A stretch of 64,000 bases of DNA from Zygnema circumcarinatum SAG 698-1b (lineage: Eukaryota > Plantae > Zygnematophyceae), in the NCBI GenBank assembly GCA_037447605.1, contig CM074813.1, positions 124,001-188,000 on the forward strand, in the 5' to 3' direction. The notes under the pieces were generated by a model, which saw only the letters and a list, made by a program, of their open reading frames with translations, made no database searches and was not told the origin of the DNA. This document shows positions 37,246 through 50,224 of this stretch, piece by piece. How positions within the stretch are numbered: the stretch's first letter is position 1; each line of letters opens with the position of its first letter. The translations under genes and the position numbers were made by a program.

Positions 37246-38667
37246 ATGGGGGGTCACACTTCTGCTGCGCCGGTCACGCGGTGGGGGCGGCTGATGAACA
37301 AGCTGCGAGGTCCAATGCAGATTTTGCTCACTTTCATCATTGGCCTCGTGCTGCCCTTCGGCTTTTACGTCTTTTGCGACGCACAGCTCGGCATTGATAT
37401 CTCGCCGTACTGCTACCTGGCCACAGTGGCCATGCTTGTCGCCACCGCTCTCGTCGTGTGGCTGGAGTGCTTCCTCGCGCTCTTCTTCACGAAGCAGCCC
37501 CCCCCCGAACCCCTGACCCCTTACCCGCCTGCGTCCGCAATCATTGCGGCGTACCTTCCGAATGAGGCCGAAACCCTCTTGGAGACGATTGAGGCGTTCT
37601 TGAACGTGGAGTACCCGGCGCCGCTGCAGGTCATTTTGGCGTACAATACTCCGAAGGACATGCCAGAGGTGGAAGCGATTTTGGCGGAGATGGGGAGGCA
37701 GAGGCCAGACAGGTTTCTCCCATATAGAGTGATGCATTCGCGTTCCAAGGCGGAGAACGTGAACGCTGCAATCAAGCTGATTCGTGGCGAGTTTGTGGGA
37801 GTGTTCGATGCGGACCATTGCCCGGCACCCGATGGGTTCATGCGAGCATGGAAGTGGCTGAGCCATGGCTACGACATTGTGCAGGGTCATTGCTTGGTGA
37901 GGAATGGAGATGACGGTTGGATCGCTCAGGCTGTGGCGGTGGAGTTTGAAACCATTTACGCAATTGGACATCCGGGCTCAGAAATGATTCATCAGTTTGG
38001 CTTCTTCGGGGGTTCAAACGGGTACTGGCGCTCACCACTCTTGGCCAAAATCGGAATGGACGGGTCCATGCTCACAGAAGATATCGACTCCTCGATCCGC
38101 ACTTTGCTAGCGGGAGGCAGAATCAAGTCTGATCCTGGACTCATCTCGTCGGAGCTCGCGACTGTCACTCTCCGTCAGATCTGGAATCAACGGCTGAGAT
38201 GGGCCCAAGGATGGTTTCAAGTGTCGATGAAGCACTTCTTTGCCGGCATGGTGTGTCCGAACCTCTCGATCTGGCAGCGCATGGGGCTCTTTCACCTCTT
38301 CCTATGGCGCGAAATCTATCCATGGGTGTCCATTCAGATCATGCCTCTCCTTGCCTTTTTGGCGTACAAGGAGAACGGAATTGGGGCGATTAACTGGCTG
38401 GATTCAGTGTACCTGGCCACGACCGTGTTCACGTTCTCCTGCGGGCCCGCCCAGATCCTGTTCGCGTACATCATGTCGAACCGCACCATCAAGAAGAGGT
38501 CCGCGTGGTGGTGGATCTACATCCTCTTCGCGACCTTCTTCTACACGGAGTTCAAGAACGTCATCGCGCGAGTGGCCCATGTGAAGGAGTTCATGAAGGA
38601 GAAGGCGTGGATGGTTACGCCTCGAACGGTGAAGAACACCGCGAAGGTTGCTGTGGTAGTGAAGTAA
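37246..38667 (+). CDS. Processive family-2 glycosyltransferase (CESA-like), bacterial/fungal type, intronless, 473 aa
   Basis: Motifs AIIAAYLPNE, SKAENVN, VFDADH, LTEDID and QRLRWAQGW (D,D,D,QxxRW signature). Two N-terminal and about three C-terminal hydrophobic helices. No introns. Confidence 0.9.
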   Translation: MGGHTSAAPVTRWGRLMNKLRGPMQILLTFIIGLVLPFGFYVFCDAQLGIDISPYCYLATVAMLVATALVVWLECFLALFFTKQPPPEPLTPYPPASAIIAAYLPNEAETLLETIEAFLNVEYPAPLQVILAYNTPKDMPEVEAILAEMGRQRPDRFLPYRVMHSRSKAENVNAAIKLIRGEFVGVFDADHCPAPDGFMRAWKWLSHGYDIVQGHCLVRNGDDGWIAQAVAVEFETIYAIGHPGSEMIHQFGFFGGSNGYWRSPLLAKIGMDGSMLTEDIDSSIRTLLAGGRIKSDPGLISSELATVTLRQIWNQRLRWAQGWFQVSMKHFFAGMVCPNLSIWQRMGLFHLFLWREIYPWVSIQIMPLLAFLAYKENGIGAINWLDSVYLATTVFTFSCGPAQILFAYIMSNRTIKKRSAWWWIYILFATFFYTEFKNVIARVAHVKEFMKEKAWMVTPRTVKNTAKVAVVVK

Positions 38668-39621
38668 ATCGCATAATGGATGGAAGTGAAACTAGTTACG
38701 CTATGAATACACCTTCTGATTTTTGCCCTTTCTTATATTCTGTCACTTGCTGGTTTTGAGTCCTGTTTATCCATTTCCCTCTATCCCCTACCCAAGCTAG
38801 CATATTTCCACACCACTCCCAATCCACCACGTCTTCCCTCTCTCCCTTTCCCCGGTTTTAAACAAGCCTCCTAGAGACATTGAATAAGCACAGACAATGA
38901 GATGGCCGCCATATCTCATGCACATCTCTGCATGCATATAACAGCAGTCTTCTGCATGCATGCGGAGGTCGGCCATGGCTGCGTTGCGAGTAGGAGAGCA
39001 GTCGTTAGGATCTCCACAGTATCGTTCGTAGGTGTAAGATAGGGCAGGCCCCCTCTCGTCGGTCGGTCTCATAGGAGAGACAGACAGCCGCGCGCAGGAA
39101 ATAGAGGGAGGGTGCGCAGTGGCAAGAGCCAATGCTCGATTTGATATTGAGCTGTATTTATTGCGACTCGAAAATGAAGGAGTTGTCCATTTGGTGGGTA
39201 CTTTGAGAAAATATTTATTTTGCCATGACAGGTGGCATGTAATAACGGGCTTTGCGAATTTTTGAGGGGCAAGATATTCTTGTGCAAACCTTTTAATATT
39301 TTCCAATTTTCGTCTTCTTTTTCTTCGTCGTCTTCGCTCTGTTGATGGAATTTCTCCTTCACTTCTTAAATCTGTCTCTCTCTCCCTCTGTCTCTGTCTC
39401 TCTCTCCTTCTGCCTATGTCCCTGCCTTTCTCTGTCTCTCTCTCTCCCCCCTCTCTCTGTCTCTCTCTCCCTTCCTCCCACCCCCCCTTCACCTCCTTCC
39501 ACTTTCTCGCTCTCTTTCAGTCTTTCCCTTAATGAAATGCCTTGCCTAGTTTCCTGCCTTCCTTGTGAGTGAGAGTCTGCCTGCGTAGCCACACCCGCCG
39601 CCCGCCCGCCCGCCCGCCCGC

Positions 39622-39659
<38 letters not shown>

Positions 39660-40366
39660 GTGAGAGCGAGAGAGGGAGGGCGTCTCGAACCGAGCGCTGG
39701 CCGGCGGGGATGGTCCTGAGTGCTGACGGAAGCATCGCGCCGCCACCTGTCACGTCCTAACTGGTCCGCGGGCCGCCCACGCAGCTCGATCGGTCCGCGA
39801 GTGCCGCAACGGATTTGTCCGAACAGGGAAAAGCATGACGTGACGGCACGTGTGATATCAGAATCGACGGTCCATATGCGATCTGGCGCACTGCTCGATA
39901 TATCGTACGGTGGTCGCTTCAAGATGCGTCGAACGGCGGCTAGCCAATTAGCTGCGCGCCCGCTCGTGCGAAAGTTTTTCACACGGGAGTGGGCGGTCGA
40001 ATCAGGGCCGACGCTGAACAGGAACCAAACTCCAAGGAAACCACGAGGCGTGGCTCGCACTGAGGAAACGAACGTGAATGATGGATGGATGGATGGGGCA
40101 TTGATCTCACGCATGGCTGGCGATGATGCCATCACATGGACATTGACAAAGGCAACAACATGGAAACCCACGAGGAACTGGTCACAAAGGACCTAAGGAT
40201 AACAATAAAAATGACAACTATTCGGGTACTGATCTACTCGCGGAGTGCTCAGACTCCCTCCCTCCCTAGTGCATGCATGCATGCAGCCTATGCTCCGCTG
40301 CATGATTCTTTACACTACTTTGGGCTTTGAATGAACGGGAGAGCAAAGTGCATGATTAGCTCTGCT

Positions 40367-43300
40367 TTAAACCGCAGTCGGCAGCTGCTCAATTTCTCGC
40401 ACTAGCAGCTCCTTTTCTTCTTCGAACTGGTCCTCCTCTGCAAAGCAAAGAGCCCCGAATCAGAACTAAATTCCTTCCCCCCCCCCCCCCCCCCCCCCCC
40501 CCCNNNNNNNNNNCCCCCCCCCCCCCCCCCCCCCATGCAATCTAAGCGCAAGCCGGTCCATCATCAACTTGGTAGAAGGTGATCTGCAGAGCTCGCATTA
40601 TTACAAAAACAAAAACAAATGAAAGCATCAAAGCAGCGGGTCTGATGCTCTGCACCTTTGTCCACATGGAAATCGCGTAAGAATTCGAGCAGTCGTACTC
40701 TGTTCCGTGCCAGAATTCTGACAATGGCCTCCGGCTTGTTCGGGTTGGCAGCGAACACCTGCGCACATTGAACCGCCTTTCTTAACTGCTAAGTGCAAGT
40801 CTGTTGGGGGGAGAGAGGGGGGAAAGAGGCAGGACAGAGGGAGAGGAGAAGGGAAGGAAGACGAGGTGAAGGAGGAACGTTGAACGGAGAATGCGAGAAA
40901 AGGGAAGGACAGAAGGTAGGGACAGAACGAACAAAAGACGGGAAAAGAGTGGGAGTGAGGGAAAGTGGGGGAGACGAAAGGCGAGAAACGGATAGAGATT
41001 CAAATGGTTGAGGAGACTAGGAGACGAGAGAAGTCGAAGAGAATGCGTGGAGAGGAGAGGGAAAAGCTGACAGAAGAAGCCGAAAGGGGTGTGAGCAAGG
41101 GGAGGAAAATGGGAGGATGGGAAGGAGGGACAGTGGGGAAGAGAGAAGCACATAGAGAGAGAGAGAGAGACTGGAAGAGGGGGAGGGAGAGAGGAAAAGA
41201 GGAAAACACTGACCTTAAAGACGTGGAAGGCCTCAAACTGAATACTTTTGCGCGGGTCCTGCGCTCGATTTGATGCAGCACGGAGCCACGGAGTCAGCGA
41301 CATGCCAAAAACAAGAAAAGGGTCCGCAATTGTGGAAAATGAATGAGCAGTCAAGAAAAGTTTTTTCCTCTTTTCTTTTTGTGAAGGTAGCGGCGGCCTC
41401 TGACCTTCAAGAGAGTCATGATGAGTCGGAGGTTATGCGGATCACTTATATACTTTAGCATCACCATTACGTTCACTCTGTCCAATAAAACTTCCCCGAG
41501 CAGCTGCTTAAAGAACACCCAGTTGGCACAGAAAACAACACAACATAATGTAAGTCGCTTTTCAAATGGCCTTACGTACTGTTTATCACATTCAAGTCTT
41601 GCTTTCAGTAAAAATGTTTTCCGACAGAAAACGGCTGACGAAATGTGCCCCCAAATGCTATACCCTTTCCCTCCCCTCTCCCTCCTCCCCTCTCTCCTAC
41701 CTACTCTTCCCCCCCTCGTTCCCTTCATAGGCAGTTGTAAGAAAAAGCTTCACCTTAAGCGCTTGTCGTCGCGTCACATAATTTGCAGACTTCAACAAAC
41801 TTTCATAATGCTCAAAGAACTGTATCTCTCGCGTCCCCCCCCTCCCCCCATACGACAGAAGCATGAGCAGCCTAATTTAATGTATCAGAAATGAGATAGT
41901 AAGTCCGATAAACGCTCAATTGCTTCTATGGTAGCAATGCAAATGCCATCCCTTCCATCCCAAGCAATCCACTTTGATGCCCAAAACTCGCCCGAATCTC
42001 AGACCCAGAACCTTGCGAAGAAGCTGCTCATGCATGGCGGCTTCCCTTGGAGGGCTTTGGGCCATTTGGGATTCTTAGGGTTTAGGGGTTTGGCCGGCCA
42101 CAGAGACCTCTGAGAAGGCGGCGAGCAGCCGCACGGCGACGAGGTCTTTGTGTCTGCGCAGCAAATCCTGCACCCTTTGGGCAGCAACGGATTCGCAGCA
42201 ACTGAGGAACAGATATGAAACGGCAAATTGCAAATTGGAAAAATCATGGATCTTCGAGTAAATCCTCAAGAAAATGTCTCTCCCCCCCCTTCCCTTTCTC
42301 CAGAAAACTAGTAACCCACCTTGAGCGACATGAAAGCGTCGGATGCAGCGTCAAAGTTTGGTAAATCAATGTACGCAAAAATGTCATAAAATGACGGCCT
42401 TTCCATGAAACATCTGTTAGAAAAAACGAGAAATCGCATTAGAAAAATATAAACTGGATTGTACCAATCGTATATGTAAAAGAAGCTTTAGCACTCAGTG
42501 ACTTCCAGGTTGCTTGGAAAGCATAACATTCTGTTCAATCTTCACCATCTGAGCCTATGGCAATGATGGCATGCTTTAGAACCCACAAAGCGATGCTGCT
42601 GGCTTATAAGACCACTCCTTGGCGAAAAGATCCAAGCAATAAACCTCAGCCTCATAGAGCACTCGCGCAGTCAACCAGAAAGCAACAGGTGGCACCTTGG
42701 CATTGGTCCCTACTTCGCCAAACTTTCGTGTCGGATCGCTTCCCGCAGCATCGCTCCGCTGCTCATCGCCAATTCCCGGTCATCATATCTGACAATAACA
42801 ACAATAAAGGAGTACCTAATTCCTTCATGAATAAGCATGAAACAAAACACAAATGCAATAAACAGAATAAGACAAAGGGAATCCAAAAATGCATTTTGTT
42901 TCTTACCCTTGCAGCAAGTAGTCAAGGAGCTCAGGATGCCTTTCCACATATAAGACTCCACGCTTCGCTGTTCCGACATTGTAGTGCAAAAGGGAGCTCC
43001 AAATATGGACCACATTTTTCCGGCCCTAAACGACAAAAGACGTTTGTACACCACATTATTGAAATTATAAATCACCAATCTCATGCGTGATTTGAAAGGA
43101 AGGTACGCTTAGAGGATTCTTACAAAATTCAGAACCTTGAGCTTATAGTCTGGCTCGATTGAAAGTTCTGCAGGGGCGCAAAAGCTCCAAGACTGGAATC
43201 CAAAAGTTCAAAGTTTTTTTGGCGCTCATGAACCCACCTCCCAATCGAGTGCTCCGAGCCTCTCAACAAGAAGCGATAGAAAGTCTTCACGGAATGCTTC

Positions 43301-43854
43301 AGTTGTGGCAAGGGTCAGCGCCTCCGGACTGGCATCGGGGTCCTCGCCTTGAAACACTGTGCGGACAGCATAGAGACTCCGTCCCAGTTCCTCCGTCATC
43401 TGGAACAACGTAGAGGAAAAAAAATCCAAGCAATGAAGGGATTCGATCAACTCTCCGCCTCTTACTGCAACAGGGAAGGGTCCTCATAGCGGGGTAGGAA
43501 GACAGAGTGTTGTTAGCTTATGGCAGGCCAACGACTGCGGAACCCAGACAATCTCGATACCCTTCATGATGATTTGCGGCATTTGTCTTCAGGGGACTTA
43601 CACTGTTAAGGCGGGCGACTCATGCAACAACCAAGAGATGAAATATAGGGGCAAATCAGCATAAGACAAGTTTAATGGTTTTGCAGTTACCAAAACACTC
43701 TGTGACATTGGTTTACTGATAGCATTGCTAAAATCTGAAAAACTTGAGATAAATTATAATGAAACCTTTGAATACGACGTTTCTCCCGCAAGGTCGCGTC
43801 GTTCTCCGGTAGCTCGAAGGCAAAGCGCCGCATAATGGACGAGCTCCCCTGCAT
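40367..43854 (-). CDS. MO25: MO25/CAB39 family protein, divergent, multi-exon
   Basis: Exons: YDDRELAMSSGAMLREAIRHESLAK, YIDLPNFDAASDAFMSLK/DLLRRHK, ANYVTRRQALK/LLGEVLLDR, KSIQFEAFHVFK/VFAANPNKP, DQFEEEKELLVREIEQL...*. The start codon (43854) is uncertain. Confidence 0.88.
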
Positions 43855-44580
43855 GTCTCGGCTTCTGCTTTGGGAGAACAAGTGACATCGTGCGAATGAG
43901 GGAAGAGAGGGAGATGGCGAGGGAGAGGGGACGAGAGAGAGAAGGGGCTCAGGGAAGAGGAGTGGGGAAAGAGAGGGAGAGGGGGAAAGGGGAAAGCGAG
44001 ATAGAGAACGTGGAACTAACTGCGAAATTGGCAAGGAAAAAGGCTTCCCTCTCTTTTTTTCTCTATCTCTCTATTCCTCTTCTCTCCCTCCCTCCGCACC
44101 CTCCCCTCTCTTCAAATCTTCCGGAGAAGGGGGATCAGAAGGGAAATCAAATTGCTAAATTCGTGTTTTAAAAATATAAGTTATTCGCAAGACAAGAAGA
44201 AGCGAAAGCTTCGCATTTGTGGAAAAAATGGACCATAGCAACCCAATTACTTAAAACCCCATTCTCCCTCGTCTCTACCTCCATCCCTCCCCCATCCATA
44301 TCACCCCCACCTCTTAACCCTTCCATAATCCTCTCTCTTCTCTCCCTCTCCTCTCCCACCCCTATCCCCTCCCTGTCTCCCCCTCCCCCTCCCCCNNNNN
44401 NNNNNCTCCCCCTCCCCCTCCCCTCCCCTCCCCTAGTCCCCCCAACAGCCCGAGAGTGACGGCCCTTAGCCCTACCTAGGTCCTGCCTCACTGTACTGTA
44501 CCTCGAAAGACCGTACAGTTCGTACGTCGATACGTACGAATATAACGAGCGGCAGGCGACGACTTTAAGAGAGCGCGGAA

Positions 44581-45121
44581 ATGATTGTGAGTACGACAAC
44601 ATTACCGTACAATTGCGTACGGATGATGGAGGGCTGGTCCGGTCAGGTGGAAAGCGGTTGCGATTGGATTGGGCGATCGATGGCTCTGCTTTTGGGGCGT
44701 TGAGGGGAGGCCTTCGGATCATTTATTTGAATGTGCAGCTTCGACGTCTGCACTTGAGGCATATGGCACTGTTTGAATTTAAACATCAACAGAGGTTCGA
44801 ACTAGAGTTGAGAAAGGTAAGTGATCCGGGCGATAGAAGGGAACGGAATCATGGGTCTATCGCGGTTTGTAGGGAACACGCGGGTAAGCTCTGCTGCTCT
44901 CAACGGCTACTTTGCCGCCTCCAACGTTACGTTACTGGCTCGACTGGCTCATATCCACCGGTACAGTGCCAGTGGTCCAATGGGGCGGAAACCATCATTT
45001 CTTGAGGCTCGTGCCTTTCCTGCATTGTCGTGGGGTTTGCTGTTTCTCATGTAGAGAGGACATTTTCATTGCACGAATGGAGGAGTGCCTTGTCAAACTT
45101 TTTGGAGAACAACTAATGTGA
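44581..45121 (+). CDS. Putative small multi-exon gene of unknown function, divergent from MO25
   Basis: ATGATT|GTGAGT at 44581. Exon 44739-44816 (gtgcag|LRRLHLRHMALFEFKHQQRFELELRK|gtaagt) is open in only one frame. A candidate last exon follows catgtag at 45054. The middle exon is unresolved. Confidence 0.3.
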
Positions 45122-45244
45122 CAAGAGCACCACAAGAAGGCGTCACACATGGATTCAGTTTCAAGCGCCAAGCCTTCATCACATCTCATGGCATCCACCA
45201 CTTGAGACGTGGTCCGATCCTCCATTTCTGAGCCGTGCTGCTTA

Positions 45245-47255
45245 CCTCACCATTACTCGCTCTGACCGCATTGCACCGAGATATTCCAAAGCACCACGCA
45301 CATACCAGGCAGGGGGAGTAGTGCGCCATGCGGCCGCCGCTTCTTCTCCGCCATTTCAACATGTCCAAAGGGCTTCCCATGGGAAGGCAACAGAGCCAGC
45401 ATATCAAATGATGCCATTGAGTATACTTGAAACATGTACGAGCCTTTGATGTCAACGAGTTCGCACTGTCATGCTCACACATGGCAAACCCTCACTTCCC
45501 TCTTGGCAAACACACTGGAGCGAGCAGACACAACCTGCCCAGTGCAGCGCTAAACTGCCTGACATTAAGTTTTGGCAGGATCCATCCTGGGAGGCGTCCA
45601 GTCTGGGCATCCTGCCCAAACTCACCATCTGCGTACGACCGGATCCGTTCACATTCAACTTTGTACGCATGCCATGACTCATATGAATTCTTGCTCTGAC
45701 GGGGGAATGAAAATGATGTGCGGAGATAGCGCCACAACTGCAATGTAGTTTAAATTCATCTCAACCGAACTTCCACACTAACGGAACAGCGCAGCACTCA
45801 GTACAGCCATCCCCCGGTCTGAAGGCCAGCCAGCCGCCTCGGGCACATAGGCTAATGAAGACTGACTACACAGCGAAGCAGAGACCCCATTTTTTGACCG
45901 ATTCTTTTCTTCTTTGATTCTTCTTCGCTGCTCGCATCCAGCACAACCCCCCCTCCCCCCCCCTCTCTCATCATACACGTCATCCCTTCAGCGCCGCCAT
46001 TCCGCATGTTTGAGGCACCCCCATGAGCAAGGGCGACAAGATTTGTCGGCCTCTTGCCCAACACAAGGAGCGTTACTGACTGACCAAAAGACGGTCACAA
46101 CGGCGTATCGCAGATTCAATGCCCAAAGGAACACAGCCTTAAGAGTGTGCGCAGCCAAGCAACATGAACTCACTGAGCTTGTGCTCAGTTTGATGTATGT
46201 TTCACGTTCTCTACGGACTGTACAGTTTATGGTTTAACTTGACCTGAACCCCAAAAACTGATCTATTTCTGTGCATGGGAACACAAACACATTTGGGCTT
46301 TAACCTAAACATAAAGATTATGTTAATTATCAAGGTTCACAAAAAAAAGGAACAAACAAAAAAAATGGTTCCCGTGCATTACCCGATGGACCTGGAAGAC
46401 GAGACAGGCAAACAGCCGGACAACTTCATCAACCCGATGGTCCACTTACCGCGCAGTTCCGTGATCCCTGAATCGGACGGAGCAAGTAGCGATACCCTTC
46501 ACATCATCAACTTCGCTGCCCACATCTCTGTTGAGAAGGTTATGTGAAAGGACTCAACTCTACGGTAACTATTCAACACAGCGCAAAAGATGCAGACACA
46601 TAGTACGATCTGTGGCCCACTAAATTACTAGTCAACATCCCCACAATGCAAGTCCACGCTCCACTCCTTAACAGAGAAGGAAACACATCCACACAATAGT
46701 CAGAACACATGCCAGTACCAAGTTAGAATCAACAAGGGCACTTGTTAGATCTCCCACAATTGCCTCCAATCCTTCGACCAAAATTTGCTAAATACTTCTA
46801 GCACATCAAGTTCTAGTTGCTCAGAAAAGGGACAAAAACAGGGTTACACAGGTCTGAACAGAGTTCCTGCAACCACTATTAACATATTAGTGGTGAGTCA
46901 ACTTCTCTCTCAATTCTTAACCCTAAAGTGGTGGGCGGAGTGATGGGAGGAGAAACAGAAGGAGGAGAAAAACAGTAGGGGAAATTCCACCCTTTCCCTT
47001 GCTTGATATATGGCAACCTTATTTAGCCAACGCACTTGAACGCAAACACCACTCATTTCAAAGCCCTCTGTAAGCGCCGTAGCCCACAAACTACTCTCGT
47101 ACACTAGTCTTAGGAACACGTTCCGAAAAGTTAGCTCGGAAATTAGCACCATCATTCTCTGCAAGAAGAGAAAAAATAAAAGAAAAGAGATAACCGAAGT
47201 GGGAGGGGGCGCGGGGCTCGTGATGACCTGCCACATGAGCTCTGCATAAAGCGAC
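45245..47255 (-). other. Chain of GT-AG-bounded exon-like blocks downstream of the SF1 stop (3'UTR exons, SF1 extension, or separate gene)
   Basis: Pyrimidine-tract acceptors and consensus donors on the minus strand at about 47255, 47160, 46527 (ends cg|gtaagt), 45695 (ends g|gtgagt) and 45443 (ends g|gtatgt). No recognisable protein family. Confidence 0.35.
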
Positions 47256-47455
47256 CTGCAAGAGGAGAGGACCAAAAATATTGCCTTCCTCTCCGGTTCG
47301 CCCTCTCCCCATTTTCACCCATTTCTGTCCTCTTACATCCCTTTCGTCCACTCTCACTCCGATCTCTTAAGTCAACCTACTCCGATTCGCTTCGATTCAC
47401 TCCATCACTTTCCCGATGTTGCCCCCCCCCCCCTTCTCCAACCTTCTCCCAACCC

Positions 47456-50224
47456 TCACCTCCCCACCTCCGACATGAACCGCTCATACTCCGACTCCAC
47501 CCCGACGGTGCCTGCTGCCTGTCCTGTACTGTTTCCTTGCTGCTGCTGATGTTGAACAGCTCCATTCTGCACGGCCCATGGCGGTGCCTGATTCGGCGGT
47601 GGCGGCTGTCCAGGTGGCGCATTTACAGGAAGCGGCGGCGCTCCTCCGCCTCCTGGCACCATTGGAGGCGGCACTGCCTGGTATCCTCCTCCCTGCTGAA
47701 CCGGATAGCTCGGATATGGCTGCGGGGCATAGGGATTTGGAGTCATCGATGGAGGCCCTCTCGGGGGCGGAACAGCAGGCGGACCCGAGGGGTAACCTCC
47801 ATATTGCTGAGGTCCACCACCGTAGCTGCCAGGTGGCGGCCCTCTCGACATGCCAGGAGGCGCCATGCCTGGCGGTGGAGGACCATACGGGGGAGGCGGC
47901 CCATAGGGATTATAAGGATGCATCAAAGCCCCTCCGCCTGAGCCCGGGGGTGGTGGCCCCCCCCATGGCGGCGGAGCGTTCCGTGGGGGGGGACTAACGC
48001 CAGGTGGCGTTCCGTAACTGGGCGGTCCATTGCTAAATCCTGTAGCCCTCCCTCCTCCCCCACCTCCATACCCTCCTCCCACGCTGCCAGTTGCCCCACC
48101 AGAAAAGCTTCCCCCTCCTCTCCCAGCGTCTCCCCCACCCGGCCTTGTCTGCGCCGCACATCGTACTGCCAGTGACTTCCCTTCAATCACATATCCATTC
48201 ATGGCCTGCACCCCCTTCTGGGCGGCATCCGCATCGCAGTACTTCACAAATCCGTACCCTTTACTCATCCCCGTGGCTCGATCCATGATAACCTTTGCAT
48301 CCTCAATTCTTCCATATTGTGAAAACAGCTGGTACAGCGTCGCATCGTCCACTGATGGAGGCAAGTACCCGACATACAAATTGGACTCATCATCCGGCCG
48401 AGCGTTCGTCGCTGAACCCACCCCCGCTCTGCCGCCCGCTCCGACCCCTCCCATTCCCCTCCCAGCTCCCCCAACGCCCCCCTGAACCCCGCCTGCCTGA
48501 ACGCTGCCTCCCTGAACGCTGCCCCCGCCTCCAGGAGAGAGCCAAGGACTGGAACCCAACACCCCAGCACTCGCTCCCGGAGGTCCCCCTAAACCGGGAG
48601 CCCCCGGAGCTCCCGGTCCCTCTAAAGCAAAAACGGGCCCTCCGACGGACCTCCCGACGTTCCCAGCATTTCCGTTCCCCGCTCCACTTCCACCACCTTC
48701 AACGGGATTCCCGCCAAGCTCTGCAAGGAACGACTGGTACTCGTCATCCATTTTATTTCCAACCTGCGAATTTTTAACTGGACAATCGATCGTTGGGTGC
48801 CCTCCATCACCGCAAATTTTGCATAGTACGTCCGATTTAAATGTGGAATGTCGCGCCGGACATGCATACTGTCGATGCCCTGGTTCCCCACAAAGGCGAC
48901 AGAATTCATCATCCCGAATTGTACCATTTAAAGCAGCTAACTCCCTTAATTGCGCTCTTTTATGCTCGTTCCTGCCCTCCTCAACGGGCTGCAGAAGTTT
49001 TTCCACCATCCCTGCCGCTTCTATAAGAGACTTCTCATTATCTGCCTCCACAAGCACGTGCAGATCCTCATTCTCCGATGGGTCTGGCTTCAAATCTCGT
49101 CGGTTCTGCGACCTTCCCTCCTTCACAGATCCCTTTCCGCGAATAACTATTTTAGCGCCCGTCTCCTTCTCCATTCTTTTCTGGGTGTTCCCCCGAGGTC
49201 CGATAATCAACCCGATAAAATTGTACCCCGGAAAATCTTTCACCGGGATAAACAGCTTCTTGTACAGCTTTGGCGGTTTGTAATCCGCAGGCGGCTTGTA
49301 ATTAGGGTTTTTCTTGATAAGCTCAGTTATCACCTCTTGCCTCTCCCGAGTCAGCTTCTCCCGAGCCCTAAACTCCCGCGTATTAATTCTTATACCCATA
49401 TTATCGTAAATGGGTTCGGGAGAGGGAGAGCGCATTCCGTCCGGCCGGTCGTCCAGCACAAACCCCGTCTGTAGCTTCCGGTTTATCTCCAGAAGCCGTA
49501 CATTCAATGCTTGAACTTCTGGATCCAGATCCACTCCGCCTGTCAGCTCCTTCACAAACTCCGGCAGCTGAATCTGGCTAAGAATTGCGGCCGGGTTCGC
49601 AAGCGCCGCCGCCGTAAACACCGGCGGTGTCTTTGCCGGCTCCTCTGCCCACCTGCTCTTCCGCTTCTTCACACTTGCGCTCCCGCCCTCTCCTTCACCG
49701 CCCCCTGGCGTGTCCGCCTCATTGTCACCTGGCTTGGCTCCCTCGCCGCCAGCTGTCCCTCCAAATCCCGCCTCCCCCCCTGCCCCAGCCGCCCCTGACA
49801 CGTCACCATCCTGTGGGCCCCACCGGCTGCGTCGCCTTTTCCATACGCCCTCACCACCACCTGCCCCTCCTCCTCCCCCTGCCCCTCCTTCTCTCCCATC
49901 GTTATGCTGCTGCTGTAGCTCTTCATGCTGACTGTTGAACCCGAACCCTAACCCCGATCCCTCACCCTGCTGGTCGCTGAACCCTAGCTGCTGGCTTCCC
50001 TGCTGCTGCTGCTGCTGCTGCTGATGCTGTGCCTCTCCCTGCTCAGAGTACCCTAGCTCGTCCCCCTGCCACGTGTCCTGCTGCTGCTGCTGCTGTTGCT
50101 GCCACGGCGGCGGCTGTTGCTGCTGGTGCCACGCGGCAGCGCCTCCTGGCACGTCGTGCTGGCCAAAATCCTGGGGGTGACTTGCTTCGAGGGAAGCTAA
50201 ATACGCTTCGGTCTCCTGATCCAT
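47456..50224 (-). CDS. SF1: Splicing factor 1 / branchpoint-binding protein, plant type, single coding exon
   Basis: Two ULM motifs (KRRRSRW, KKRKSRW), [15 protein letters not shown]2 ([36 protein letters not shown]), two CCHC knuckles, an RRM (NLYVGYLP...KGYGFVKY), a Pro-rich tail and the terminal [11 protein letters not shown]. Telo-box AAACCCTAA in the leader near 50288. Confidence 0.95.
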   Translation of the reverse strand: MDQETEAYLASLEASHPQDFGQHDVPGGAAAWHQQQQPPPWQQQQQQQQDTWQGDELGYSEQGEAQHQQQQQQQQGSQQLGFSDQQGEGSGLGFGFNSQHEELQQQHNDGREGGAGGGGGAGGGEGVWKRRRSRWGPQDGDVSGAAGAGGEAGFGGTAGGEGAKPGDNEADTPGGGEGEGGSASVKKRKSRWAEEPAKTPPVFTAAALANPAAILSQIQLPEFVKELTGGVDLDPEVQALNVRLLEINRKLQTGFVLDDRPDGMRSPSPEPIYDNMGIRINTREFRAREKLTRERQEVITELIKKNPNYKPPADYKPPKLYKKLFIPVKDFPGYNFIGLIIGPRGNTQKRMEKETGAKIVIRGKGSVKEGRSQNRRDLKPDPSENEDLHVLVEADNEKSLIEAAGMVEKLLQPVEEGRNEHKRAQLRELAALNGTIRDDEFCRLCGEPGHRQYACPARHSTFKSDVLCKICGDGGHPTIDCPVKNSQVGNKMDDEYQSFLAELGGNPVEGGGSGAGNGNAGNVGRSVGGPVFALEGPGAPGAPGLGGPPGASAGVLGSSPWLSPGGGGSVQGGSVQAGGVQGGVGGAGRGMGGVGAGGRAGVGSATNARPDDESNLYVGYLPPSVDDATLYQLFSQYGRIEDAKVIMDRATGMSKGYGFVKYCDADAAQKGVQAMNGYVIEGKSLAVRCAAQTRPGGGDAGRGGGSFSGGATGSVGGGYGGGGGGRATGFSNGPPSYGTPPGVSPPPRNAPPPWGGPPPPGSGGGALMHPYNPYGPPPPYGPPPPGMAPPGMSRGPPPGSYGGGPQQYGGYPSGPPAVPPPRGPPSMTPNPYAPQPYPSYPVQQGGGYQAVPPPMVPGGGGAPPLPVNAPPGQPPPPNQAPPWAVQNGAVQHQQQQGNSTGQAAGTVGVESEYERFMSEVGR

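Noticed and set aside
38890-39075. Minus-strand Cys-containing peptide frame (YCGDPNDC...EDCCY...C)
   Set aside because: No signal peptide or splice support. The Cys/Met/His content is explained by CATGCATG (RY-like) repeats in a probable UTR or intergenic region.
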